Virus record (IMG/VR): IMGVR_UViG_2713896901_000010
Reading direction: 5' to 3' (one strand)
From: a virus
Lineage: Duplodnaviria > Heunggongvirae > Uroviricota > Caudoviricetes
DNA: 35,122 bases
Shown here piece after piece: positions 17,461 to 25,382 of the stretch. The notes under the pieces were generated by a model. That model was not told the DNA's origin. It made no database searches and was given only the letters and a program-made list of their open reading frames with translations. Numbering within the stretch: the first letter of the stretch is position 1; each line of letters starts with the position of its first letter. Both the position numbers and the translations under genes were made by a program.

Positions 17461-19136
17461 TGTGATTGCCCACCCTGACCACTAACTGCATTCGCCATAG
17501 CTGACAAAACACTCGGATCCGAAGTTTTAGCTTCGCTTAGCGTCTTGGCACCCTGTGCCGCCGCCATCCCCATCGCCATCATTTGTTGCTGCTGTTGTTG
17601 CTGTGCCCGTTGCTGGCGAGCCTGCTCAACCTGTTCCTGCGGAACAATGACGGTTGGAGACACTCCGGACATATCAGCGAATGCATCGATCGCCTGATCA
17701 ACGTTGAGTTTGTCGAGAGCTTCTGGTTTCGCTTGCGCAAGTTGACCAATGAAGTTGACCGTGGATGCCAGACTAGACAGGCCGATAGACTTCTGCGCCT
17801 GAGCCATGACGGAAATGTATTCGACCTTCAGGGGCATACCTTCCATCGCGTCAGGCGGTGGCGGCAGCATGTTTTTACGCACCATCATCGAGAAAGCGCG
17901 GTCAATGAGAGGATTAAGACATTCGTCGTTCAGACGCTCCAGAACCGGCCCCAACATCAGAAGTTTTTCTTCTTTCATTTCGATCACCGCTTCAACAGGC
18001 ATCGAGCGGGTATTGATGTTCTGCAACATCATGAACAGATCGACAAAGTAGGCGCTGTTAATGATTTGACGAGTGTCCTGAATGTCTGCCACCAAATCTG
18101 CTGTACTGGGGTTAACCAGATAAGCAGGCCTGAAACCATCCTGACCAGTAATCTGATCGATATACGTGATGTCGCCAGGAAGAAGGGAGGCACGCTGATT
18201 CTTGAGGGAAGTCGGAGCAACCATCGGCGGATTGGTGGCTTTATCAATCAACTGCGACTTGCGCTTCTGGAGAAGCTGCAATGCCTTAACAGGTCCAAGC
18301 GCCAGCATACCCGGGCATGATGATCCATAAACATCTTCGCCGTTAACTTCCCAGCGCGGAGCCATAATTGGAAACTCATCGAATCCGGACTCACGCAACA
18401 ACTTGTCGTTATCGCCACCAACCTCGTAATAAACCGATTTGAATGGCTTGTTCTTGCTATCCAGCTTCGATGTATCGCGGTCAATGTTCGGGTAAACCGA
18501 ATGCATCACTTCAATCCACTTCTCGTAGGTGCCGCTTTCCCACATGCTTTTTACGGATTCGCTGACGTTATTTAGTCCGAATTCCTGAACAAGCTGACGA
18601 ACAGTCATAGAGAACTTACGAAAACAGGTGTCCACACTGCCACGAGGTGAGTTAGCCAGGTAGTAACTTCCTATCGGGAATGGCATTGTACGAATGATGT
18701 CCTCGTCATCCTCCAGCACCGCCATTGCGCCAGTGCTGTATGTGCCGAGGCTTCCGTATAACTGCGGCAGCGACTGATAGAGATTCGACTTATTGAACAT
18801 ATCGTTCATGCGGTTCTGCACCGCCTCAAGCCACAACTTAACAGGGCCATAATCCATCATTTCAGGATCTGGCGTAGCCAGGCGAAACCACGGACGCGCG
18901 GGGCTTGTGATGCCAGACATCATGCCGCTGGCGAGAGTACGCGCCGCCATAGTCCCGGTCGAATCAATAATGCGTGTATTGCGTCGATCGTTACGGTTGA
19001 CCTCAGAAGTCAGAAAGCGGGAACCACGCGGGTTGATGTAATCACTCAACTCGCGCCAGTGCGGCTCGAACGACTGACGCTCGCTTTCAAGTTGTGCGAA
19101 CTGTTTGTTCAATCGCTCTTTAGTTGTTTCCGCCAT
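17457..19136 (-). CDS. portal protein (559 aa)
   Basis: ATG 19136 with GGAG 8 nt upstream; size and position after terminase typical for portal; Gln-rich C-terminus. Confidence 0.85.
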   Translation of the reverse strand: MAETTKERLNKQFAQLESERQSFEPHWRELSDYINPRGSRFLTSEVNRNDRRNTRIIDSTGTMAARTLASGMMSGITSPARPWFRLATPDPEMMDYGPVKLWLEAVQNRMNDMFNKSNLYQSLPQLYGSLGTYSTGAMAVLEDDEDIIRTMPFPIGSYYLANSPRGSVDTCFRKFSMTVRQLVQEFGLNNVSESVKSMWESGTYEKWIEVMHSVYPNIDRDTSKLDSKNKPFKSVYYEVGGDNDKLLRESGFDEFPIMAPRWEVNGEDVYGSSCPGMLALGPVKALQLLQKRKSQLIDKATNPPMVAPTSLKNQRASLLPGDITYIDQITGQDGFRPAYLVNPSTADLVADIQDTRQIINSAYFVDLFMMLQNINTRSMPVEAVIEMKEEKLLMLGPVLERLNDECLNPLIDRAFSMMVRKNMLPPPPDAMEGMPLKVEYISVMAQAQKSIGLSSLASTVNFIGQLAQAKPEALDKLNVDQAIDAFADMSGVSPTVIVPQEQVEQARQQRAQQQQQQQMMAMGMAAAQGAKTLSEAKTSDPSVLSAMANAVSGQGGQSQ

Positions 19137-19150
19137 TTCAATGACTCCGG

Positions 19151-19357
19151 TTACTGACCAAGCAGCGTTTTACCGCTGGTATTAGCGGTTGATGTGTCGC
19201 CATGAGAACCGGTAAGCAGCGTAGAACTACGACCAGCAGCAGCGCGACGGCGACGTGTTTCTTCGTCGCGGGCATCAACAACGGCGGCATCCTGCTCCTG
19301 TGGTGCTGCCTGAACTTCTGGTGTTGCTGGCACTGATGGTGAGCTACCCATGCACAT
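19151..19357 (-). CDS. small hypothetical protein (68 aa) upstream of portal
   Basis: ATG 19357 preceded by GGAGTCATTGAT, almost identical to the portal initiation region. Confidence 0.4.
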   Translation of the reverse strand: MCMGSSPSVPATPEVQAAPQEQDAAVVDARDEETRRRRAAAGRSSTLLTGSHGDTSTANTSGKTLLGQ

Positions 19358-19447
19358 ATCAATGACTCCGTACGCAATTAAATTATTACCAATTTAACCA
19401 CATATGATTTATTTATCGTAGAAGGTTGACATTTGACGCGTGAATTA

Positions 19448-19462
19448 TTACCTTTCAGGTAA
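19448..19462. promoter_or_regulatory. operator dyad TTACC-N5-GGTAA (site C)
   Basis: ttacc tttca ggtaa, with TTGACA at 19426-19431. Confidence 0.5.
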
Positions 19463-19784
19463 CCAAAGAGCTCATTCCGGTTACTAACCTGACTGGCTTG
19501 TCGTTAAATTGAACAGGTGGAGTGAGCTTTTATTTTGAGCAGTACGGCGTATGGCACATGCGACGATAGCGGTCTGGATACGTTTAAGGGGCACCCTCCC
19601 TTGCTCGGGCAAACGAACCAGGTAGCCGGAATGTGCAAGTCGAGCGGTTTTATTCCGCGCACGGGGATTAACCATCCCGGCGATTCGGTGTGACGCCTCG
19701 GAAGAGACGAGGGTACAACGATGAGAGCATTTATGGAGCCGCGACAAAGTGTGGCGCCTTAACAGGCTAAGTGCTCTCAGCGTT

Positions 19785-19861
19785 GTGGCATTAGCTCAGT
19801 TGGACAGAGCAACCGCCTTCTAAGCGGTTGGTCGCAGGTTCGAATCCTGCATGCCACGCCA
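19785..19861 (+). tRNA. tRNA-Arg (anticodon UCU), phage-encoded
   Basis: Manual cloverleaf: acceptor GTGGCAT/ATGCCAC, U8, D-stem GCTC/GAGC with GG in loop, anticodon stem ACCGC/GCGGT, loop CUUCUAA, T-stem GCAGG/CCTGC with TTCGAAT loop, discriminator G, encoded CCA; differs from E. coli argU as I recall it. Confidence 0.9.
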
Positions 19862-19904
19862 GAATCACGCCTAAGGACCGTGATGCCAGAAGTTCCAGGT
19901 GCTT

Positions 19905-19946
19905 GGCGGTGATGGTTTCCCTTGAAGGACTATCACCGCCCTTTTT
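19905..19946 (+). terminator. hairpin terminator downstream of tRNA
   Basis: ggcggtgat...atcaccgcc 9-bp stem, long loop, then CTTTTT. Confidence 0.5.
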
Positions 19947-20118
19947 ACAGCAGGACGCCATTGCGATGACTTCATGCTGTAAACCCGTACAGCCACGGAA
20001 GGCATAACTCATTGCTTCCAGTTCGCCCTGTTCGCCGGGTATTTTTTTACTTGAATTTTACCCTCAACAAACCAACATAGAACTTGGCATTTGCCATAAC
20101 TTTCACAAGGAGTCAGCC

Positions 20119-20418
20119 ATGAATGGTTGGAATAGAAAAAAGACTCAATATTTAGCTGAGTGCATCCACGAACACGAAAAAGCCGACGGAGTAACCTACG
20201 ATCCTAACGGTATGGTTAGCTACTGGAACACAAAATATAACCTCGTTCCGGCTGAACAGTTGCCAGCATTACAAAATCAGGTATCTCTCGAATTAGAAGC
20301 TCTACGCGGTGCTGAGACTAACCATGTAACAATTAGCAACATTGGTGCCGCTAAGTTTGGATTCGACTCTGTAATAGGGAATCATCTACCTAACTTCGAT
20401 CCGGAGCCAGTTAAGTAA
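20119..20418 (+). CDS. hypothetical protein (99 aa), moron between terL and portal
   Basis: ATG 20119 with AAGGAG at 6-nt spacing; opposite strand to all flanking late genes. Confidence 0.6.
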   Translation: MNGWNRKKTQYLAECIHEHEKADGVTYDPNGMVSYWNTKYNLVPAEQLPALQNQVSLELEALRGAETNHVTISNIGAAKFGFDSVIGNHLPNFDPEPVK

Positions 20419-20429
20419 TTTGCTGACCA

Positions 20430-21905
20430 TTATGCATAAGGGTCATAATCCGTTATGGCCCTTCCCTGCTGGCTTTGCTGTCCTGGTATATTTATGCGTT
20501 TCGACACCGGGAAAGCAAACGTCAGCAGTAGCGCATCGCCTTTACCCAGCGAACGCCCAAGACGCTCTTTGATATCTTCCTTCGGTTCGATAACGATTTT
20601 ACCGTCCACACGAACTTTGTACTCTGCCGCCGACAGGTCGTCTGCAGTTTCCTGGTCATCCAGCATGCCGCCCAGCCTCAGCCATGTCTTGCATGAATTG
20701 AACATCTCCCCACGCTTGTTGAGCATCTGCGGGTCAGTAGACGCGCCACCGAACGGAACAAGTTGCCATGTACGACCCCATCCGTCACCGATTGACTTCA
20801 GACCGGTTCCGTAACCGAAGTCGATGAACACCGCGTCAGCCTGGTACTGGTCTTCAAAGTCAGCGATACGCTTCGCCATAATCAGATCGTCAGTGGTCTT
20901 GTTGCCAGTCCACAGCACCTTACTGTGCAGCCCCTGCCTCAGGTATATCACCGCGTCATCAACGCCTGAGTATGCCGGGTCAACGCCGATTATCACCGGA
21001 GCATGTGCAACCTGCACAGCGGTTACCACCCGTTTCATTGCCTCGTCAGTAAGGCCGGTAGGGATAAACTGCAATTCAGATGCATCCGGGAATATGCCGC
21101 GCACACGGATTTTAACGAAGTCGCTGTCTTCCCCGTAGTCATCAACCCATTTCTGCAACTGCTGTTTGTTAGTGCCTTCCACCGTCCGGCTGTCAATCTG
21201 CGCAGTTTTCCAGCGGTGTTTATATTTGCGGAAACATTCGCGGAAACGTCCGGTGTTACGTGTAGGGTTTCCAAACGCCACCCAGATAATCTCAGTGTCT
21301 TCGTCCGTAAGCGCACCCTCAGCAACTTCCCACACCAGATCCGCAATGTTCGACGCTTCATCGAATACCACGATGATGCGTTTGCGCTCGTTGTGTAGTC
21401 CGGCGAATGCCTCAGTGTTGTGCTCAGACCAGGGGATTGCGTCAGCTCGCCACCGCTTGTCGTGCCCAGGGTCATTGCTGTACATCGCGGTAGCGGTACA
21501 GGTAAACCAGTCTTTCGTGATAGCAAGGTTCGACCACTTGATAATTTCCGGCCAGGTCTTCGTTCGTAGCTGGTTGTCGGTGTTGGCGGTCACCACGACC
21601 TTACAATCCTCGCAAGTGGACATGCCCCAGTTGATCAGCATTGAGATGAATGCGGATTTACCAATACCGTGACCAGAAGCGCGTGCCAGCATAAGCGGCT
21701 GATAGCGCGTCTCTGGATTCTGCAGGTGATCACGTATCTCTCGGAACGCATCAGCCTGCCACTGACGTGGGCCGGTAGCATGTGCCAGTTCAGTCCCCTC
21801 TTCCCCCCAAGGGAACGCATAGAGGGCATAGCCAAGCGGATCGTGAGTGAACCCTGCAATATCCTCGATTAACTGCTCTTCAGGAGATAACGCTGTATCT
21901 GTCAC
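20430..21905 (-). CDS. terL: terminase large subunit (491 aa)
   Basis: GTG start overlapping terS stop (GTGA); Walker-A-like ARASGHGIGKS near N-terminus; size and position. Confidence 0.9.
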   Translation of the reverse strand: MTDTALSPEEQLIEDIAGFTHDPLGYALYAFPWGEEGTELAHATGPRQWQADAFREIRDHLQNPETRYQPLMLARASGHGIGKSAFISMLINWGMSTCEDCKVVVTANTDNQLRTKTWPEIIKWSNLAITKDWFTCTATAMYSNDPGHDKRWRADAIPWSEHNTEAFAGLHNERKRIIVVFDEASNIADLVWEVAEGALTDEDTEIIWVAFGNPTRNTGRFRECFRKYKHRWKTAQIDSRTVEGTNKQQLQKWVDDYGEDSDFVKIRVRGIFPDASELQFIPTGLTDEAMKRVVTAVQVAHAPVIIGVDPAYSGVDDAVIYLRQGLHSKVLWTGNKTTDDLIMAKRIADFEDQYQADAVFIDFGYGTGLKSIGDGWGRTWQLVPFGGASTDPQMLNKRGEMFNSCKTWLRLGGMLDDQETADDLSAAEYKVRVDGKIVIEPKEDIKERLGRSLGKGDALLLTFAFPVSKRINIPGQQSQQGRAITDYDPYA

Positions 21906-22498
21906 TGATTGCCATCCTGACGTTCTTTGAGTCGCTTCCTGGCTGCTGCTATGCGATCAGCAATTGTCACACTCACATTAACATCCAGGCGTTCTTTGAA
22001 TGCGTTGACGTCGACGTGCTTACCAATCAGTTCGAGGTTCTTCACCTTGTCAGGCCACTTAATTTTTTTGAGGATTGTCTCTATCGAATCCTCGTTCATG
22101 TTCATGATGGTCGATGACAGATCAAAGCCGCTAAGCGTAGTGCGCCAGATTTTCGGCCACTCGCGGATTGGTTTAAGGCTCCCATCGTCGTTGAGGATGT
22201 CGATCACGTCCATCTGGTCGATCTCCACCAGGCGCATGAGAACGTAATCAGCACTGACGCGCATTCGTTTGTTGCGCTCCTCCATCAACTCGGCAATCCG
22301 TTTCTGAATGCGTTCATCGCGCATCATGACACTGGCTTTAACTGCCGCTGTATTTGGGGAGAATCCTGCGTTAATCGCTGCCTGAGTCTGGTTTTCAGGC
22401 GTTTTGATGTATGACTGGCAATAAGCCTCCTGCATTGCTGTTAGTGGCTTAAATTGCGTTGATTTGCGTTTATAGGTTTTAGGTTCAGCAGGCATCAT
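21902..22498 (-). CDS. terS: terminase small subunit (~197 aa)
   Basis: Immediately upstream of and overlapping terL; basic helical N-terminal region; likely start is the ATG pair 22498/22495 rather than table TTG 22576. Confidence 0.75.
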   Translation of the reverse strand: MMPAEPKTYKRKSTQFKPLTAMQEAYCQSYIKTPENQTQAAINAGFSPNTAAVKASVMMRDERIQKRIAELMEERNKRMRVSADYVLMRLVEIDQMDVIDILNDDGSLKPIREWPKIWRTTLSGFDLSSTIMNMNEDSIETILKKIKWPDKVKNLELIGKHVDVNAFKERLDVNVSVTIADRIAAARKRLKERQDGNQ

Positions 22499-22530
22499 AA
22501 CCACCGTGGTAATAGTTACCGTTGTGGTAA
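22498..22530. promoter_or_regulatory. tandem operator dyads upstream of terS (sites D2 and D1)
   Basis: 22516-22530 ttacc gttgt ggtaa (10/10); 22498-22512 taacc accgt ggtaa (9/10) overlapping the terS start codon and GGTGG RBS. Confidence 0.55.
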
Positions 22531-22540
22531 TAGTACCATG

Positions 22541-22567
22541 CAAAATAAAGCCGCCATAGTTGGCGGC
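22541..22567 (-). terminator. rho-independent terminator upstream of the late operon
   Basis: On minus strand GCCGCCA-acta-TGGCGGC followed by TTTATTTTG. Confidence 0.65.
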
Positions 22568-22608
22568 AGTATTCAAAACACATCAAATTCATCATGCATA
22601 ACCTACTC

Positions 22609-22620
22609 GTGACATGTCAC
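22609..22620. repeat. 12-bp perfect palindrome GTGACATGTCAC (copy 2 of 2)
   Basis: Identical to 1958-1969; overlaps stop codon of 22617-22958. Confidence 0.5.
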
Positions 22621-22958
22621 ACTATTAATTTCGTTTCATGCCAGCCTTTAGTCACCCAGCATTGCGAGTCACCATTGCACGGGCATGAATTAACTGGAAC
22701 TCTCTCGCCGCACTTACCGCAACGTTTTCTGCTGATCGATTTTATACGCCCGTGCACGCGAGCATCATCCTGGCGGATAAGTAACGCAATATACTCACCA
22801 AATTCGTAAGGCACACGCCCGGGGCGACGCGTGGCACAGTTACGCTCCAGCATTTCAATTTCCTGAGCATCAAGCACAATCTCCAGCTTACGTACACCGG
22901 ATGCAGCTTGTCTGGCTCTCTGAGCGGCTTTGCGCTCTGCTGCTGATTTAGCCATCAA
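22617..22958 (-). CDS. hypothetical protein with C-terminal Cys4 cluster (113 aa)
   Basis: AGGTG RBS before ATG pair at 22958; C-terminal CGKCGERVPVNSCPCNG suggests a zinc ribbon. Confidence 0.5.
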   Translation of the reverse strand: MMAKSAAERKAAQRARQAASGVRKLEIVLDAQEIEMLERNCATRRPGRVPYEFGEYIALLIRQDDARVHGRIKSISRKRCGKCGERVPVNSCPCNGDSQCWVTKGWHETKLIV

Positions 22959-23229
22959 TATTCACCTTTATCGCGTATACCTTAACCGGATTCTCTCCAA
23001 AGTGCGGATGTGTAATTGTCTTGATTTCATATCCGTCATACGGAACGTCAATTCTGCGACTGGAATCCTCGCGCTTCGGATATCCCTTTGTGATAATCAG
23101 GCGGTCATATTCCCGGAACATAATTCGCTTATTCCAGTAGTCATTACACAGGCGATACTCTTCCGTTTTCTCCCCGCGAATCATGGCGTCGAAGTATTCA
23201 CCTTTGACGGCAAGTTGCAGGTTAGCCAC
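22948..23229 (-). CDS. ASCH-domain protein (93 aa from GTG 23229)
   Basis: GTG with AAGGAG at 6-nt spacing, overlapping upstream stop; IRGEKTEEYR fits the ASCH GxKxxExR motif. Confidence 0.6.
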   Translation of the reverse strand: MANLQLAVKGEYFDAMIRGEKTEEYRLCNDYWNKRIMFREYDRLIITKGYPKREDSSRRIDVPYDGYEIKTITHPHFGENPVKVYAIKVNIDG

Positions 23230-23857
23230 GGTTAACTCCTTGCTGTGTGGCGTCGAGTAATAAATCCCACAACCGCTGAGAGCAATTTCCGCATGTACAG
23301 CGTTTACCCACAACGTTTATCGCGTTGCTGATTTCCGGCGTTACCTGTTTAGGAACCATAACCCAACCATCCGGAGTTACCGGAGAGTTGCCCGACAGCT
23401 CGTTCAACTTGTAAGTCTGGCTTACAGGTTCTTCACCCTGAAGCATGGCGGCGCGGCAGGCATTCCAGCCTCTCACCTCTGCAATAGCTGCAACCGCATC
23501 AACCGCATATCTGCTAAGAGGGTTCGGCATTGGTTTTTCTTCCGGTACTACTGGAACGGGTGGAGCGGCGTAGACCTCAATAATTCCATTATCAATAGGC
23601 CATTCTCCATCCTTGAGGTAGCCACTTGTACCGTCAACTTGCTGTTCTGCAATGTGGAATGCACCTATTGGTTTTGCCTCAAGCGAGGACAGTGCAATTC
23701 GTGCCAGTTTTAGATCTTGTTCAACCATCTCAAGAACAACTTTGCAGTCCGCACCTTCTTTGCTAACACGTCCTTTCAAGTCTTCCAGATAACTAACGCT
23801 TTCGCGTGCATGGGAGATTAACTGTTCTTTGGTAAAGGTGGTCATTGATAGCCTCAA
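23222..23857 (-). CDS. hypothetical protein (211 aa)
   Basis: Contiguous with neighbours, overlapping stops/starts. Confidence 0.5.
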   Translation of the reverse strand: MRLSMTTFTKEQLISHARESVSYLEDLKGRVSKEGADCKVVLEMVEQDLKLARIALSSLEAKPIGAFHIAEQQVDGTSGYLKDGEWPIDNGIIEVYAAPPVPVVPEEKPMPNPLSRYAVDAVAAIAEVRGWNACRAAMLQGEEPVSQTYKLNELSGNSPVTPDGWVMVPKQVTPEISNAINVVGKRCTCGNCSQRLWDLLLDATQQGVNRG

Positions 23858-24087
23858 TACACGAAATCTGTTTTAAATTCATGGTTGCATTCTGGACAGC
23901 ATGTTTCGTAACCTTCTATTTCTTCACACGCCTGTTTTGCTCCCGAAAACTCCCAAAAATCAGCATCACAAAGCAGATCGAAATTGTGACCACATTTTGG
24001 ACATTCGGTATCAAGTGACAGACTCCAGTAAGCAGGGGTATTTTTTTTACCCATATCACTCTCCTTTGATGCGAATGCCTGTTGCAA
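23854..24087 (-). CDS. small zinc-ribbon-like protein (77 aa)
   Basis: CPKCGHNF...CCPECNHEF paired CxxC motifs. Confidence 0.45.
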   Translation of the reverse strand: MQQAFASKESDMGKKNTPAYWSLSLDTECPKCGHNFDLLCDADFWEFSGAKQACEEIEGYETCCPECNHEFKTDFVY

Positions 24088-24541
24088 TGCTGTTTATGAT
24101 GCTGTCAGTGCATGGGGTAGAAAGCTGGGCATCTCCAGCAATTTTCATGACCTCAACATCTGCATATCGAATACCGAGGTGTATCAGACCGGCTATGCCT
24201 GACTTAAGCCGAGCATTTTCCATAAATAGAACCTTTGCCCGCTGTTTTTCTGCTTCAAGCTCAACACGCAGCTTCCCTACCGTAAGCGCAATATCCTCGT
24301 TCTCCTGGTCACGGCGTTTTATGTATTGCTGGTTTCTTTCCCGTTCATCCAGTAGTGCCAGCACGGTTTCTGGTCCGGCCAGAAATTTGAAGGCGTTGAG
24401 CGCATCAATATCCACACCGTAATCTTTAAGTTCCTGTTCGCTTATCAGATCATCATCAACTGGCAACATTAACAGGCGTTCCATTGCCGGAATTGCACGT
24501 TCTGCCGCCTCACGCAGTGCCTGATAGTTAATTTTGGTCAT
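24056..24541 (-). CDS. hypothetical protein (161 aa)
   Basis: ORF in nin-like block. Confidence 0.5.
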   Translation of the reverse strand: MTKINYQALREAAERAIPAMERLLMLPVDDDLISEQELKDYGVDIDALNAFKFLAGPETVLALLDERERNQQYIKRRDQENEDIALTVGKLRVELEAEKQRAKVLFMENARLKSGIAGLIHLGIRYADVEVMKIAGDAQLSTPCTDSIINSIATGIRIKGE

Positions 24542-24542
24542 A

Positions 24543-24842
24543 TCACATCACCCTGAAGCCGTTGCATTTACGTAAAAAATCGCAGATATAGCCCTTCATT
24601 TTTTCGTGCCAATCTCGATCATTCCCATTGCACCAACCATCAGGTGGAGTCCAGTTTTCTATCAGAGCAGCCATTTTCTTTGCTTTCGCCGGAGTAGCTG
24701 TTGCGGTATCGCAGTAATGACGAGTGTCAACCAACGTATCCATACCATCGATATCAAGTACGCAAAACCATGTGTGATTCGGCATTTCAACAGATGGTAT
24801 TTGTTGCCCACGTCGACGTTTATCAATAAGACATACAGTCAT
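24543..24842 (-). CDS. hypothetical protein (99 aa)
   Basis: ORF in nin-like block. Confidence 0.45.
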   Translation of the reverse strand: MTVCLIDKRRRGQQIPSVEMPNHTWFCVLDIDGMDTLVDTRHYCDTATATPAKAKKMAALIENWTPPDGWCNGNDRDWHEKMKGYICDFLRKCNGFRVM

Positions 24843-25042
24843 GGTTCCACCTTCTCTATTTGCTTAAGGCCGTCTCTCACTGCATTAAGTACGCGTTCCA
24901 GATACTGGTATTTCGGGTTTGGTATCGTTGGCCAGTTGGCACACCACGGATCATCACCAAAGAGATTCAGTAGTTTGTTACCGACGCCGAAACAGCAGCA
25001 GCTTTCTTTTACGTCATCGGCGTTTTCCGCCTCGTCCCACAT
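24839..25042 (-). CDS. hypothetical protein (67 aa), possibly the 3' part of a frameshifted gene
   Basis: Frame is open upstream to 25085 and overlaps the end of 25014-25382 by 72 bp. Confidence 0.35.
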   Translation of the reverse strand: MWDEAENADDVKESCCCFGVGNKLLNLFGDDPWCANWPTIPNPKYQYLERVLNAVRDGLKQIEKVEP

Positions 25043-25382
25043 TTCGCGAGCCAGTACGGCGTCGATTTCTCTCTCTTCGTAACTTTATGATTTCTGACTT
25101 CACGAAAAGCAGATTTGCATCGTTGTCATCGTCGACCGTGCTTAGCAGTTGAGGGTCGAAATTGTCGATTAGATAATCGTTGCTAACTCGCTTAATGAAC
25201 GTCTGCACATCATCACCGCCCATAGCAAACCAAGCCGCAGTCCACGCTTTTCCGTAGCAGGTGATGGTGATTCTTCCCTTACCAGGTTCGTAGTTTTCAA
25301 TCATCACTCGAACCGGATCTAGTCGCTCTGCACCGGTTATAACGAATGACAACACATCAATCTTTTCAACCGTCACACTCAC
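25014..25382 (-). CDS. hypothetical protein (122 aa), possibly the 5' part of a frameshifted gene
   Basis: Ends in an Arg-rich tail (RRERNRRRTGSRNVGRGGKRR) that looks like out-of-frame read-through. Confidence 0.45.
   Translation of the reverse strand: MSVTVEKIDVLSFVITGAERLDPVRVMIENYEPGKGRITITCYGKAWTAAWFAMGGDDVQTFIKRVSNDYLIDNFDPQLLSTVDDDNDANLLFVKSEIIKLRRERNRRRTGSRNVGRGGKRR

Noticed and set aside
17583-18320. 245-aa plus-strand ORF antisense to the portal gene (similar antisense ORFs at 13259-13912, 16451-17032, 5053-5415, 25386-25751)
   Set aside because: Lie entirely within long, well-supported minus-strand genes; His/Arg-rich unnatural composition typical of antisense frames in GC-biased coding DNA
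19484-19747. 87-aa minus-strand ORF in the tRNA-proximal non-coding region
   Set aside because: Arg-rich, no RBS, overlaps sequence better explained as tRNA leader or structured RNA
19785-19861. tRNA as a prophage attachment site dividing the window into two elements
   Set aside because: terS/terL and portal/capsid lie on opposite sides and must belong to one packaging-morphogenesis unit; the TTACC-N5-GGTAA operator occurs on both sides; the sequence differs from host argU as I recall it
22502-22508. CACCGTG heptamer upstream of terS, identical to the arc/mnt-region repeats
   Set aside because: A single 7-mer is expected about 4 times by chance in this window; it is also explained as part of operator D2
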